A DNA stretch of 64,000 nt. Origin: Callorhinchus milii (lineage: Eukaryota). Position 1 is the stretch's first letter; each line of letters starts with the position of its first letter. Where the stretch lies: contig NW_024704752.1 in assembly GCF_018977255.1 (NCBI RefSeq), forward strand, positions 11,780,001 through 11,844,000. The letters are read 5' to 3'. Below the pieces are notes generated by a model. It did no database searches. It was not told where the DNA came from and saw only the letters and a list, made by a program, of their open reading frames with translations. Shown here piece by piece: positions 1-12,369 of the stretch. The position numbers and the translations under genes are program-made.

Positions 1-64
1 TAACGGGAACACAACATGGTCAATTTATTGTTTTGTATAATAGGAAGTCATGCATATGAATTTT

Positions 65-440
65 CTATTTTCTCCTCTCCTGAAGTATGACTCTTTCTGG
101 GGTATGAACAGTAGACCTCCTGGGCAAAGTGTTCTAGGGTCATATCTAACAGTGAAGGTCAACAGACTTTACTACTCTAGACAGCATAACAACTAAGCCT
201 GAAACTCCTCATCTTGATGTCCACTTCTTAATCAGGGCGCCACTGGATAGCAATCAAGAGCAGGAACTTTGGCTGTTTTTTCTCTTTCCAAGTCCAGAGG
301 CACTAAAGTCAATGTTCGTGCTCCAATTAATGCCCTGACTAAGATTAGCTGACTTCTCAAAGACCAAGAGTTGAGCCTGTGATCATCTGATAGGTATGGT
401 TTAGTGCTATGTCAGGTAATACTTTTATCCACTAAGCCAT
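65..440 (-). mobile_element. Ancient tRNA-headed SINE, near full length (unclassified, called 'family A' here)
   Basis: The minus strand starts atggcttagtggataaaa (A-box-like), has a degenerate B-box, and ends ...cttcaggagaggagaaa. The same blocks (ctgagttagctgatctcagc; gttcccactcctgatc..tatccagtgac; gaatagcctgc.gacactcactgtctaggctc) recur in many fragments across the window. Confidence 0.7.
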
Positions 441-649
441 AAGGGAAGACGTTACCTTTATTTCTCATTAGGGCATAGGGCTGTTTCTATCGGGCACGCT
501 GAGTCACTATCATATCTAATCATGGCTGAATTGAAAGCAATTTACTACTATATATTAGGATTTACTCTGTTTGTTATTTATTTGCTTTCTCCCAACTCTC
601 CTGAAGGTACTGATTCCTATTGTGGCTGGCCCTTTGGTGCCTAGGCAAG

Positions 650-860
650 CAACAGGGGAGGTTTCCACTCCTGAATACAGTATTTTCATTTGTGAGTTGA
701 TTCAGGAAAGATGGGATCAATGTCAGCTGTGGTGGCCCAAGGTTAAATATACTGTTTAGGCTCACGCTGCAAGAATGCCTTGGACAAGATATCAGTAGGT
801 GGCCGACAGTCATGGAAACCTAGGATACATGAATACCTTCAGGACAGGAGCAGAGAAAAT
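650..860 (+). mobile_element. Family A SINE, 3' half
   Basis: gtttccactcctga...tgtttaggctcacgctgcaagaatg...ccttcaggacaggagcagagaa matches the family A 3' part. Confidence 0.55.
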
Positions 861-919
861 GGGAAGGGAAAAACATTGCTGATGACATTAACATCTTGTT
901 TGTTTTTAATTCCATTTCT

Positions 920-1147
920 CCAGTTACCCATAGATTTCCCCCTCCAGGATGCTGACTGAAGCAGGGGTCACTGGAGAGTGACCAGGAGCCAGGAACTGAC
1001 TGACTTTTTCCCTTTCCTAAGAGGAAGTCAATTGTTGTGCCCCCAGCAATACCCCAGATGGGATCAGCTAATTCAACACACCTGGAATTGTTCTGTTCTG
1101 TATGACTTAGTACCACATTCATTGGTGCGTTTTTAGCCACTGAACCA
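920..1147 (-). mobile_element. Family A SINE, 5' half
   Basis: ggtcactggagagtgaccaggagccaggaac...gggatcagctaattcaacaca...tagccactgaaccat is the reverse complement of the family A head and body. Confidence 0.6.
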
Positions 1148-2659
1148 TCTAAAGAACCCCTCTCTATTTTTTTGGAAACAAAAAGATCTGTATTTTTTAA
1201 TTTGCATTCCCATTCCACTGAAATATAACTTCAAAAATGTACAGCCTGGACATTTCATTTGATTTGTTTTTGAATATTTTTCATATTACCGGAAGAACCA
1301 GGTGGAAGAAGCTCAGAAGAGAAAATAAAATAAACATTTCAAAGTGGAATAGGCTACCAGCAGAAGACTGAAACCAATTCACTAGTCACTTAAAAAAAAA
1401 GTCAGTTCAAAATAACCTGCTTTTCTGTAACTTCAAACACTCAGGGTGATCAAGGTTGTGTTACTGAACAACACATAGTTTAGCATCATTATCAGAAGAC
1501 TTGTATTTCGCTCTAATTTGGTCCAGGCTTGTTGAGATTCCATATTTTGCTTTCATCAAGTAGAATTTTGACTTGCATAGAGCTATTTTTTATGAAAATG
1601 GTTATGAGGGTGCCAAATCTGCTAAAGGGGTTGGAAGAATGACAAACTGACTTTCAATTCTAAATGCTACTGACATGTGACATCAGACAATTAATGTTTG
1701 TTATAAATTGAATAATACGTTTTAAATTACTCATCAATTTTTCTTCATTTTTGAAAAAAAATCATCCACTCCCGGTAATGTAAACTTCAACGTTTGCAAA
1801 ACTGTCTAATATATATAACCATGTGAAGAGACTTGTGGCCAGGTTATACAGCTCCGGGCAATTTGTTATCACTTCCAGCAGTAAAGCGATTAGGAGTGGG
1901 AAATCTAATTTATATTTCCCGCTCCAAATCAAATTGACTCCGGGCAAAGGAAAGCTCTGTCTACGTACAACTAAGCTCCCCTAGCTGGTCAGGTTTAAAG
2001 CAATTAAGTAACCAGTTGTCTGACTGGCTCTTTAATAAAATTAAAAATAGTTCCTTAAAATTTTAAGTCATACAGGGACCTGTCAACAACATTTACAATT
2101 ATTGAATGGAGCGCAAATTAATCTGTACTGGCTGTATTTAGATTGCACATAGATTTAATGGTGCAAGCATCTTCTTGAGATGACTTTGACTGGCAGGTTC
2201 CAACGTGAATTGTTTCATGCTTTTCATTGCAATTGGATGTTAACATAGCTGAGTTCAGCGAATTAGGGCACTACATCAGTCTCAGTTGGGTACCTGGAAT
2301 GATGTGCAACTAAAAGGTTGCATGATGGATCCTCTCCAGTTTCTATTTACCAGTTCAAAGGAATTCTTATTGGAATCTCACTGGGTTGATCTCCAAGAAA
2401 AATTTGTGTAGACGCACAGAGATCAAATTTAAATCTTTTCATGGGTAAGCTATTAGTTGTCAGCATTGGATAGCAGACTGTATTTTTGATCTTAGCGTGA
2501 ATGGGACATTGACAGTCAGAACTTTTATACAATGATTTGACAAACAGAAGATTGCAGTGGAGAGGGAGAATTTGATCCTACGGGCTAAAACTCTGCTCTA
2601 ACACGCTTGCTCCAAAGCTGGATTTAATTGATTCTATGTCATGAACTGAAGTTTATGCT

Positions 2660-3172
2660 AACAATAACAAACAACAAAATTACATTTGTGAAGCGCCTTT
2701 CACGTCGGGAGGACGTCCCAAGGCGCTGAACAGTCAGGGATCAGGACCTGAGCGTGGGGGCCAAGGGAAGGCAGAGGGGGTAGGAGAGCAGTTGAAGGCA
2801 TGGTCAAAAAGGAGAGTCTTGAGTCATGCCTTGAAGGAAGCAAGAGAAGGAGCAAGACGAAGGGATTGTGAGATGGAGTTCCAAAGAGTGGAGGCAGAGA
2901 GGCTGAAATCCTGGCCATCGATGGTAGGGCAGTGGGGGGCGACCTGGAGGAAACTGGAGCTTGTTGAGTGGAAGGAGCGGACAACTTGATAGGGGGTCAG
3001 CAGGTCAGAGATGTAGGAGGCAGCAAGGCCATGGGCCTTGAAAGTGGGGACGAGGATTTTGAATTCTATCCTCTGAGGAATGGGAAGTGGAGCCAGGCGA
3101 GGCTGGGGTTGGTGGGGTCACGGAGCCTGATGCGGGAGAGGACACGAACTACAGAGTTTTGGATGAACTAAG
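2660..3172 (-). mobile_element. L2-clade LINE, 5'-truncated 3' fragment (ORF2 C-terminus plus 3' UTR)
   Basis: Degraded ORF2 C-terminal motifs (IQNS..RVL, RIEFKIL, RSFHS, PPLFGTPSH in a shifted frame). The 3' tail is cagcgccttgggacgtcctcccgacgtgaaaggcgc...aaatgtaattttgttg. Closely similar to the copy at 52167-52766. Confidence 0.9.
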
Positions 3173-4150
3173 GTTTGGATGCTATGGTTTTGTAACTGAA
3201 ATATTTTGCTCTTATGTAAGATTTAATTTTAGCAGTGAAATTGATATGGTTTCTCCTACACTACTCTGCTGTGCCTGCATTTGTACTGTATTGAAGACTG
3301 TTTTTATATTTTTTTAAATAGATTTTTCTCCTTTCCCCTCCCAGGACTTTCCCCATTCCCCTGCTGAAGTGTGAGTGGATGACCTTCGATGTTTCTCTTG
3401 AGATAGCTTCTGTTAGGAGTGTAAGAGTGGCCTGGGGTTACTCTCCATCCCCACATACAGAAGAGTTAATTCTCAATTCATTGTTCCCTTCTTCAAAGCA
3501 CAATTGAGATGGAAAGATTGTTGTATGGAAATTAAAAGCAAAGTCATAGGTCCAATCACACCATATAACACCATTTTACTCTGCCATTATCCCAGGCGTG
3601 TAGGTTTGATTCCTTAAAAAGTACTATTTATTCAAACAGTTAAGCTGTTGATTAAAAAACAGGAACTCAAGGGAAAAATTCACAATTAATATTGTGAACG
3701 GAGAAAATCTGTGAACAAATAAAGAGAGGTTACACTAAGGAGATATGAGTGTGTTTGGGGGTGGGGATGGAATTGTTGTCAACATTTTTATTAACTGGTT
3801 TTAAAATAATAATTCATTATAGCTCCCTCAAAGCACTTCATGGGATTCAATGTAAAGTGTAGTGACTGACTATTTTGTAGGTTGATTTATTGATTGATTG
3901 AAATGGGAGGTAATTGTTATTTAATCATTGGAATAAAGGATTGATTAACATTTGAAGTAAAATTCATACAATTGTTAAAAGAATTAATAAACTATGACTT
4001 TGGCGGTCTCTGCATCTGTAGCAGCCCATAGATTTCAAATGCTCTTTCCAGTATCCCTATTGAAGGCCATACTATGGAAAGACTTGGCATTGATTGCGTA
4101 CCAAAGAAAGCAGAACAGTCTATGGTGAAGGGAAAACTTGGTGATGTTTG

Positions 4151-4177
4151 TTACAATCTGTGTTCTTGCCCTGGGGG
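4151..4177 (-). CDS. Candidate alternative terminal exon (phase 0: PPGQEHRL*)
   Basis: Very long pyrimidine tract on the minus strand (ccctttctttttctctcttttttgctctttctcgctctcccccacccag|CCCCCAGGG...TAA) in a repeat-free island. Gene not identified. Confidence 0.3.
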   Translation of the reverse strand, partial: PPGQEHRL

Positions 4178-5099
4178 CTGGGTGGGGGAGAGCGAGAAAG
4201 AGCAAAAAAGAGAGAAAAAGAAAGGGTGCAACTACTGCTGTTCTGCCATCACAGCCGAAAAGCAGACACCTCTCCTAAGCAGGGCCTCACGCAGGCTGTG
4301 ACAGACAGATAACAGCAGCCCATGAGACAATTCTTTGTAAATGAAAGGAAGAGCTGGGCTCTGTGACCATGGGATATAACTACTGAGCTCTATCGTTTCT
4401 TCATTCACAAATGATTTTCCAGCAGGGATCACAGAAAGGACCCGATCGCAAGTAATGTCCCAGTTGCTATCATGACAGAGGTCAACTAAGTGAAACTTAG
4501 GGAAACTCCCTGGTCTGTAAGACTCATTTTCATACCAGCAAGTCCACTTGAGAAATGATTCCACAGGGTGTTCAAGTGTAAAACATTAGGACAATGGCAT
4601 TTACACTGCGTAGAGAAATTAACACCAACACAGCACATTCTCCATGCTACGAATTTGCAAATTATTCAACAGCTGCCAGCAACGAGCTTTTCTGGGAGAT
4701 AGTCAAACTAGTGTATGGATTATAAAATGCCTCGAAGAACACAGGCTACTGCATTTTATTTTTGTTTTTGTTTTATTATATGCCCAGCATATAATAATAT
4801 TGTTCTCTGTTCCCTTCTTTTTTTACAACAGCTGTGTTCCTGATGCATTAAACGCCAAAGCAACACTGACATTCTTTTTTTAATCTTGTGCAATATTCCA
4901 CATGTTTACATGTGTTCCAACTTCCTTATTTTCGTTGCATTCAAATTCTTGACCTCACTGTTGATTTTTGCCGTCCCGAATCCTTCTCATCTGCTTTACT
5001 GATGCTCAGAGTCAACCATCGATGACCACTCTTACTTGAGGATTGTGCACCTTTTTTTCTGTTTGTAAACATCAAACCTTTTATCTTAGAACTCCCCTT

Positions 5100-5335
5100 C
5101 CCCTGGCGGCTCAATTGATAAAGCTATTTCCTAATGCGGACCTGGAAAGTCCTTAATTCAATTTGTGCTTGGAACTGAGTTAGCTGATCAATAAGGGTAC
5201 TATAACAGAAGTCAGTTTCCTGAGGTGGGAGGAACAAGTCTGGAGTTCTGATCACTATTACTATTCAATGATTCTTGCTGGAATGAGCTTCTGCGTGGAC
5301 ATGGGACGAAAATAGGATTGATCTTGGTTTTATAA
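5100..5335 (+). mobile_element. Family A SINE, degraded
   Basis: ggctcaattgataaa head; ctgagttagctgatc; ttctgatcactatt..caatgattcttgctgg; gtggacatgggacgaaaataggatt. Confidence 0.55.
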
Positions 5336-5344
5336 CACAATATT

Positions 5345-5580
5345 CCTAGCATTTCATATAGCATGTTGTCTGAAACGTCTCAAAGTCCTTCACAGCATTT
5401 ACTCTAAAGTGTAGTGACTACGTATTTGAGGGCAAATGCAGCAGCCAACAAGCCAATGTCCCACAAACGGTCAAAATGTGAATCACTATTTTTTATATGG
5501 GGAACTCTTGGCTAGGACACCAGGAGAAACTCTCTTCTCGTTTCGAATGATGCAATGGGATTATTAGCAACCATCTAGCT
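5345..5580 (-). mobile_element. Deu-domain SINE with L2-type tail, degraded
   Basis: gcatttcatatagc...cgtctcaaag...gcagcagccaa..aatgtcccacaaac...ggctaggacaccaggagaaact. Confidence 0.7.
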
Positions 5581-6079
5581 TTGATAACCCTCCCCACAAT
5601 TTTATAGTCGCTGACATTTTTAATGGAGCCCCAATTAAACAATACTATATTTAGGAGGATATGTTTAACAAGCTTAGTTATAATACCAGATCAAACATTC
5701 AAAGCCATTTTTGTAGCTGTATTATATCAAAGGATCATTTCAGTCTTGGTCACAATACCATTGCAGACGCTCTTGCAGCCCTGGGCACTTTACAGCATCA
5801 AATAACTATACCAATCTTGCTCGCTGTACCATATCTGAAATCAATATCAGTTTTTGGCCACAATGCCATAAAATGTTTTCCTTCCCCCTTCCCCCACCTC
5901 AAATTGCTGGCTGCTATTTACAGTAGTTTCCTAGAAAATGTATATGATTTTGAAGGCAGGACAATGTAACAGTTAATACCAGATTCAATGTTCAGGACAT
6001 TTGTTTTCTTCGGTTTAATAAAATGGGTTTAAGTGACCAATAAGTTATTTGACTTTACTTTTACAACATATTTTCCTTT

Positions 6080-6350
6080 ATGTCTCTCCTCTTCTGCAGG
6101 CTCACTTGTACAATTCTGCAGCCAATAGCAGTGTTCCAGTACCTCATCCAAATAACCATTTTACATGTGTTAGCCTGACTGGTGAATGCTGGCAGGCTTT
6201 TTAGTCAGGTCTGGTATCAAAACCAAGCACAATTCTTTCTCACCCAATAACTATGCACCGATACTAAGCAACGTCCCTGGATACCAATTGAGAACAGGAA
6301 CCCAGGTTGATTTTTGTCCTCCTGAACTTGTCCTGAGGCAAATATACTCT
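6080..6350 (-). mobile_element. Family A SINE, degraded
   Basis: tctcctcttctgcagg...ccagtacctcatccaaataacc...ctggataccaattgagaacaggaacccaggttgatttt. Confidence 0.55.
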
Positions 6351-9098
6351 ATTGCTATTATTTTCACCTCAACTTTATAAGTAGAATACAGTATATTTGC
6401 TTCATGAACTGTATCTAAACTACTTTCCTTGTCTTTTTGCCACAAACATGTGTTAGCTGCTTAATTACAACAGTTAAATGTCTTTCACTGTGAAAAAGAT
6501 AAGGAACGTAAGGCTAGTCTTCCATTTCTTATTTCTTCATGTGAACATTTTTTCCTCCAGAAAAACATTAGTCAACAGTCACACTTTTGAGGATTTAATC
6601 ATGACATTGAGTCCTGTTTGTTGGATTTCACTCACAAAATATAGTCAATTCAGTTTACAGTATATTCTGTGAAGTGCTTTGAGACATCTCAAAGACATGA
6701 TACTGCGCTATATCAAATGCAGGGATTAATGTTATCATTATGACATGAGGTCTGAGGTACAATTTATCTGAGCCATAATTACATAGAAAGTTAATAGCTG
6801 GTCTGGAGAAAGTCTGATCTTCGCTGAATGCACTAAAGTAAGCAAAGCTGTTAAATGGTCCCTTAGATTGTATGCTTTTTATGTGTCTCTTCCAGCCTGC
6901 CAAATTGTCAATTAGAGATATCTCAAAATCACTGCAATATAACTTGAAATAGCTGGAGATATATTTGAAAGATTTCCAGATGTCTTTGATCCAAATAATT
7001 ATGTCACCAAATACTTTCCATGTTCAAGTACCGGAGTTGAAGTTTTAGAGTAAGATTTCCTATTTAGAAGCACTTGCAAAGAATTACATTGAACTGCCCC
7101 ATCAATTTCTTTTTAAACTCCACTCTGTTTTTCTTTCATTTTTTGCCATGTTTCTCCTCTCTTGGAAGCAGTGACTCATGTTGGGATTTGAGTCCACCGG
7201 TGCTGGCAACCTCCTGCTACCTCCTTCAAGTGGCCATTAGGTTAGGCTACAGTGATTGTTGGCAGACTGTTTAAACGTGTGGTGCTTTCACAACTAGTCT
7301 GATCTTCTGTATTCTCCTTGGGACGTCCTCGCGATGTGAAACGTGCTATACAAATGTAATTTTGTATTCACACGTGCAGGATGGCAGTTAAGAATGAAAA
7401 ATGTAGTTGATTTCTCATCTTTTTGGCTTTGGGATAATTGCACCCTACTCACTTGCTCTCCCCTCTCAGCTGCTCCCAATACTGTCCCAGTTGAGATCAT
7501 CAATCAGTGTACACTTCAACACTACACACACTGCTTCTTTCACAATGAAATATCAAGGGATGGCCTGTGTTGATTTTCGATTATTCCGAAACAGTGATAT
7601 AACCGACCGGTAGCATTGTTGAGGGGGACATAAGCTTCGAAGAGTTATTGAACTCAACAGCTCGAGGGAAGTAGGAACAACGGGAATAGAGACAGAATTT
7701 CCATTTCAAAACAGAGGGCCGTTGAGCTGATGTGAGCCATTCAGGCTCTTCAGGTTCAAACTTCAAATAGCTCTCAAAAAGGTAGGAATTTTTGCAACTT
7801 AAAACTCTCCCAGATGGGGAACAGTTTCAATATCCAGTTACCTATTCCTTAATTGATTTGGAGAAACAGATGAATTCTGTTAAATGCAAGATTTTGTCTC
7901 TTGAGCTGCTCAGCATTATCCTTATAAAGCTCAGGGCAGACTCCATGACTGCCAGATACTGAACTCTATACCTCCCAACTGGCCCCTGTGGAATTTCTGT
8001 CATGCAAGATTCTTTTGAAAGATAACAGTCTCTTCAAGTTAACAGCTAATGTGAAAATAATAGAAACGGACGTTACAGCAGCTGTTTGCAGTATTATGAA
8101 ATACAACCTTGCTCTGACCAAAGCGAGTCTGATCTAAGTGAACGAATTGTTTCAATGTTTCACGGAGATAATGTTTATACACACAAAGTGGGGAAGTATC
8201 GGCAAGTTCTGAACTGCACAACATCAAATCAGGAGCTAACTTCCTGATACAGACCTAACAAACATTTGTTTTTTTTTTTGAAAGATATTTTGAAAGATTT
8301 GCAGATATTGGTAAATGATGATTTGATTCACCTAAAAAAAATAACATTTCAATTGCAATTCATCCAACTCATTCCAGATATATTACAAGTATTTCCCATG
8401 TATCTGGAGATGACCATTTCTTGTATGCTTGATTACACGCTTGTCACTTGTAGAGATTTGCAATTTATTTGGAGATGAGAGAGATCTCAAGTTGCGACAA
8501 TTTTGCCACCCAAGTGAACTTATTCTTTCATACTCTGTTGGAAGCCTGTAAATCAGTTTCAAATCATTTGCAAATTTATCTTAGTTCTGAAGTACCAAGT
8601 ATTTTACCAGCAATGTAACAAAAGATTTTTTTCTTTCAGCTGTGCTGAAATGATTTTAAAATATGAGTTATATGTTCTTTTTGTCAGATAACACACAGTT
8701 TAATGAATAAAGACAGTTTAATCTATCAATTCACCTTTTGGCAGAGTTAGTGCAGTTTCCATTATGACTCCTATTATCTCAATTTAATCTCCTGAGGGAA
8801 AGTTCTGGACAAACCTCAAAAGTTAATATAAAAATGCCACAATATTCACCTATTCTGACTTCTCTATTCCGTGCCGGCCTGCTATTTATCTATTTCTCTT
8901 TCTACCTCCTCCTCCCATAGATATGTTGACCCTTTACAGGTCCCAAATTCCACCTAGAATTAGCCTGTAAAACCATGCTATTTAACATTGTACAGAATTG
9001 TGAAAAATTCTTATACATCATTCGTAATTCGGAAGCTATTTTCCTTTTTAAGAACTGTGGAAAATTGCATTCTCTTTTAAGATTGAATTGAAGATTCA

Positions 9099-9285
9099 GG
9101 GATTATTACCCCTGGAAAAGTGATCCACCTTTCGAGTTACCTACTCACTGCTAGGTAAACAGAGGCATGTAGGGTAAGGATACACAGAACCAGCAGCCTC
9201 TGAGAACTCTCCCTGCCCCGGAATTGAACCTAGGTTCTCTCGCGTGCGAGGCGAGTGCTATAATCACTGAGCTGTAGGACTCCAC
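9099..9285 (-). mobile_element. Young tRNA-derived SINE, head plus central domain, tail missing
   Basis: Minus strand gtggagtcctacagctcagtg (A-box)...ggttcaattcc (B-box)...cctctgtttacctagcagtgagtagg. Homologous to 63081-63397 and 31879-32255. Confidence 0.85.
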
Positions 9286-10778
9286 AACTCCATAGCCAGA
9301 AAGTAGTCTTGATTTGCACATATATTTTCAAAATATTGGCAGAGCTGCAGATTCCACCCTGCAATATTAACAGGGCAGGAGCCACAGAACCAGCAGCCTC
9401 TGAGCACTTATGAACTGACTGTGGTACCTGGAGTATAAAGGTGATTAGGGAACACTAGCTACAGGGCATTTGGCAGTGGGGAACTTGACTACAACCTTTA
9501 AAGAACTGTTCAGTAAGGCCCAGAATGTTTATTGTCGATGAATAATGACTCATTATTTATTCAGAACTTCTCAAGCATAAGAACTTACAAAAGTGGAATG
9601 AAAAAAACACCTGTGATCCAGTTTAATACATACAGTCAATGGCCAGCCCTTTTTATCTCTTGAGCAAAATGAATAACCAAGGGAAAGCCTCCAAGAAATT
9701 TGCACTGAGTGAAATTTAATATCGGTTCCTTAAGGTAATCAGGCAAAAATGCCAGGGAATGAATCCAAAAATATACTTAAATTATTCAGCATTTAGCATT
9801 GCTACAATGTTACTTTCATCATAAGAATGGCAACTCAACCATAAGTCAGCAATATGATCAATGGTAAGCATTTTCCTCCAGATGCATCCCATTTTAAACA
9901 TTTTTTTAAATGAACTGTTATTTTTGATAACATTTCCATTTGATGGTTCTGAATTGGTAATGACACTCTGGACCAGGGAGATTAGACTTTCAATCCCTGA
10001 TGTATGCTGATTTAGCTGATCTCAGCTGCGGCAGAAGTGGTTTCTGTTTCTTATCACTATCCAACGAATGATTTTTCTACAACCATTTTGACAAATCCAA
10101 AGCATCTGGCATTGTGTACATTGCAAACAATTAGCAGCAAACAAGATGATGCAAAATGGAATGATGTGCAACATGTGATACTCTTGGCGACTGAGCTTGG
10201 AGAATTTTGCATTAAAAAAGAAATGGTTCATTGTGCGTCTAGGTAAATTCAATGGAGATGAACTCTCTTGATTGCTACCCAGAAACTCTTTATAAAAAGT
10301 CATTGAGTATGAGCATTGGGTGAGGAAAGGATTACGTTTGGCTGCCTTGACCCTTGCTGTCTGAATGTCATTGCCAAACCTCATATCCTGTTAAGCGAGT
10401 TGTCGCAGGGCAACTTGCAATGATACCCCAGCCAGAGTCAGTGCTTTCAGCCGAGGAGGAGGAGAAAGGAAAACTGGCGCAAAACATGGATATAAAATAA
10501 ATGGCCGTCATGTCATATCAAGGTAATTTCAACGTATGTCACATTACCAGATCCATATCTTATACCGAAATATATTATTTGGTTCTGTTCTTTTGACAAC
10601 TATACCCCACCTCCAAGAATAAAATAATACAAGAATTTACTAACAATGGACTAAGAAAGGTTTGAGTTCATGAAATGATGTTTGCAAATCATTAACCTGG
10701 CAGCATCTCCCTCTAGTGATAAACTTTAGTATTGTAGGGCTGTCTCCTGTGAATTCACAAAGATCGAAAGAGATCGAA

Positions 10779-10855
10779 ACAGAAGCTCCATTAAAGGAAC
10801 TCAGATCCTCTTCACTTTTACAGAGACAGTGGTTTCAGACAATGGCCTTACTTTC
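10779..10855 (+). mobile_element. Relic of an LTR-retrotransposon (Gypsy-like) integrase core
   Basis: 10823-10855 reads ETVVSDNGLTF, resembling the integrase motif P-E-T-I/V-V-S-D-N-G-P-x-F. It is preceded, in another frame, by TEAPLKELRS, which resembles the T..TI..LR.xF helix. Confidence 0.45.
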
Positions 10856-12350
10856 CAGGGATATGCGCTGTTCGCTTATGTGCCTTGAAGTCCAAGTGCA
10901 TCAGGAGTAGCATGCTAAACAGTAAATATATAAATGCACGTTATTATTAATAAAAAAACACTGGTTCCATCTAGTTCGAATTGGTTTACCTGTTCACTTC
11001 ATGAGTTATTTAAAGTGGATTGTAGCACTGTTGCTGATCTGTAGTAAAAATAATGCTTTGGTTTCCTTCCTTCCTCTGGAGGCAGCAGAATTGGAGGCAA
11101 CAAAGTGCATGTGTTTCTGGCCTCGTAAGCATAACTAACCATTACTAATAGTTAGCTGTTGACATTGTTGGCTTTGTATTGATTCTTCCCATGTAGCAGG
11201 CAAGACCCGAGATCAGAATGTATATTTCCAAGTCCTGGGTGCAGTTATTTCCCTGATGTCACTGGTGTCAAATGGATCCATAGCATTGACTGCCTCAGAG
11301 TACTGCTGAGCCTCTGGTATTTAAAGCAATTTCCCCCCCAAATAAACACAACATCAAAAGTACTGCAGAGAGTTCCCCGGAGTTTACAAACAATTCTAGT
11401 CTGGCTTTGCTGAGTTACAATTGTTAGGAGGATCCACATATTCAGTCAATTTGCTTCAAACATTAAATTTTAAAGCCACAATGCACTCAGGGATCCTGCT
11501 TATTCCTCTCTGTGTCTACATGTAAGTGAGAGACCTGCTTAGCCCCAAACTAGGGAATGAATCTGTGATTTTCCTCTCAGGTCCAGTGCAATTGTGTACA
11601 CTGCATGGTGCATTTACAGACCAATTATGTTTTAAATTGGTGGAATATATGCACCAGGAATTACAGAGAGGATTTCCTCCAATACACACGTGGACTGTTA
11701 AGAAGAGTAGCTTTAAATGTATGCTGAGCACCAGAGAGATGCTCAATTGACCATAGAAATGCAGTGTTGGGAAGGTGAGCTGAGACAGTGAAACAATCTT
11801 GAACTTTCTCCTTCCAACTACTTTATCCATTGCTGCAAATCTGGTTCACAGTTTGGCCACTGGTAATTAGGGACCTCCCTTAAACTCACTTGTCCATCCA
11901 GCTTCCTGAATATAAAAGCAACTACTTTGAAAATGATGCCTCCAAATTGCATGCCAGGATTCTCTGGGCAGAATAATTTGAATACATTTTTATCCTTAAA
12001 GCAATGCATCATAAAATGTATTCATTTTGATGAAATGCATAACACATAAGGTGAGTGCAAGATTTTTAATATCCTGGGGTATTCGTTAAGGGCAATGCAG
12101 TGCAGAGGGAGCTTTACCAGACCATACCTGACCTGCATCTCAATCTGCAGAAATGAAATGGAAATAACAAACAAATCTAAATGCATTTGAAGATGGATAG
12201 ATAGGGAGAGGATTAGAAAGAGCAGGAAGAATAACTATCCCATGCCTCACCGCAACCCCCAACCCTAAAAAAAACTTACAGTAGGATTTTATTTAAAATC
12301 ACAAATAAAATATGTGCAACTTTGCTCTCCTCCTTGTCTTGTTCGGCTTA

Positions 12351-12369
12351 AGTCCACTAGATGGCAGCG
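12351..12369 (+). promoter_or_regulatory. CTCF-binding motif
   Basis: agtCCACTAGATGGCAGcg is a full match to the CCASYAGRKGGCRS core and lies outside recognisable repeats. Confidence 0.6.

Noticed and set aside
4232-4564. 110-aa ORF
   Set aside because: Non-ATG start and no recognisable domain; this length is expected by chance in 64 kb.
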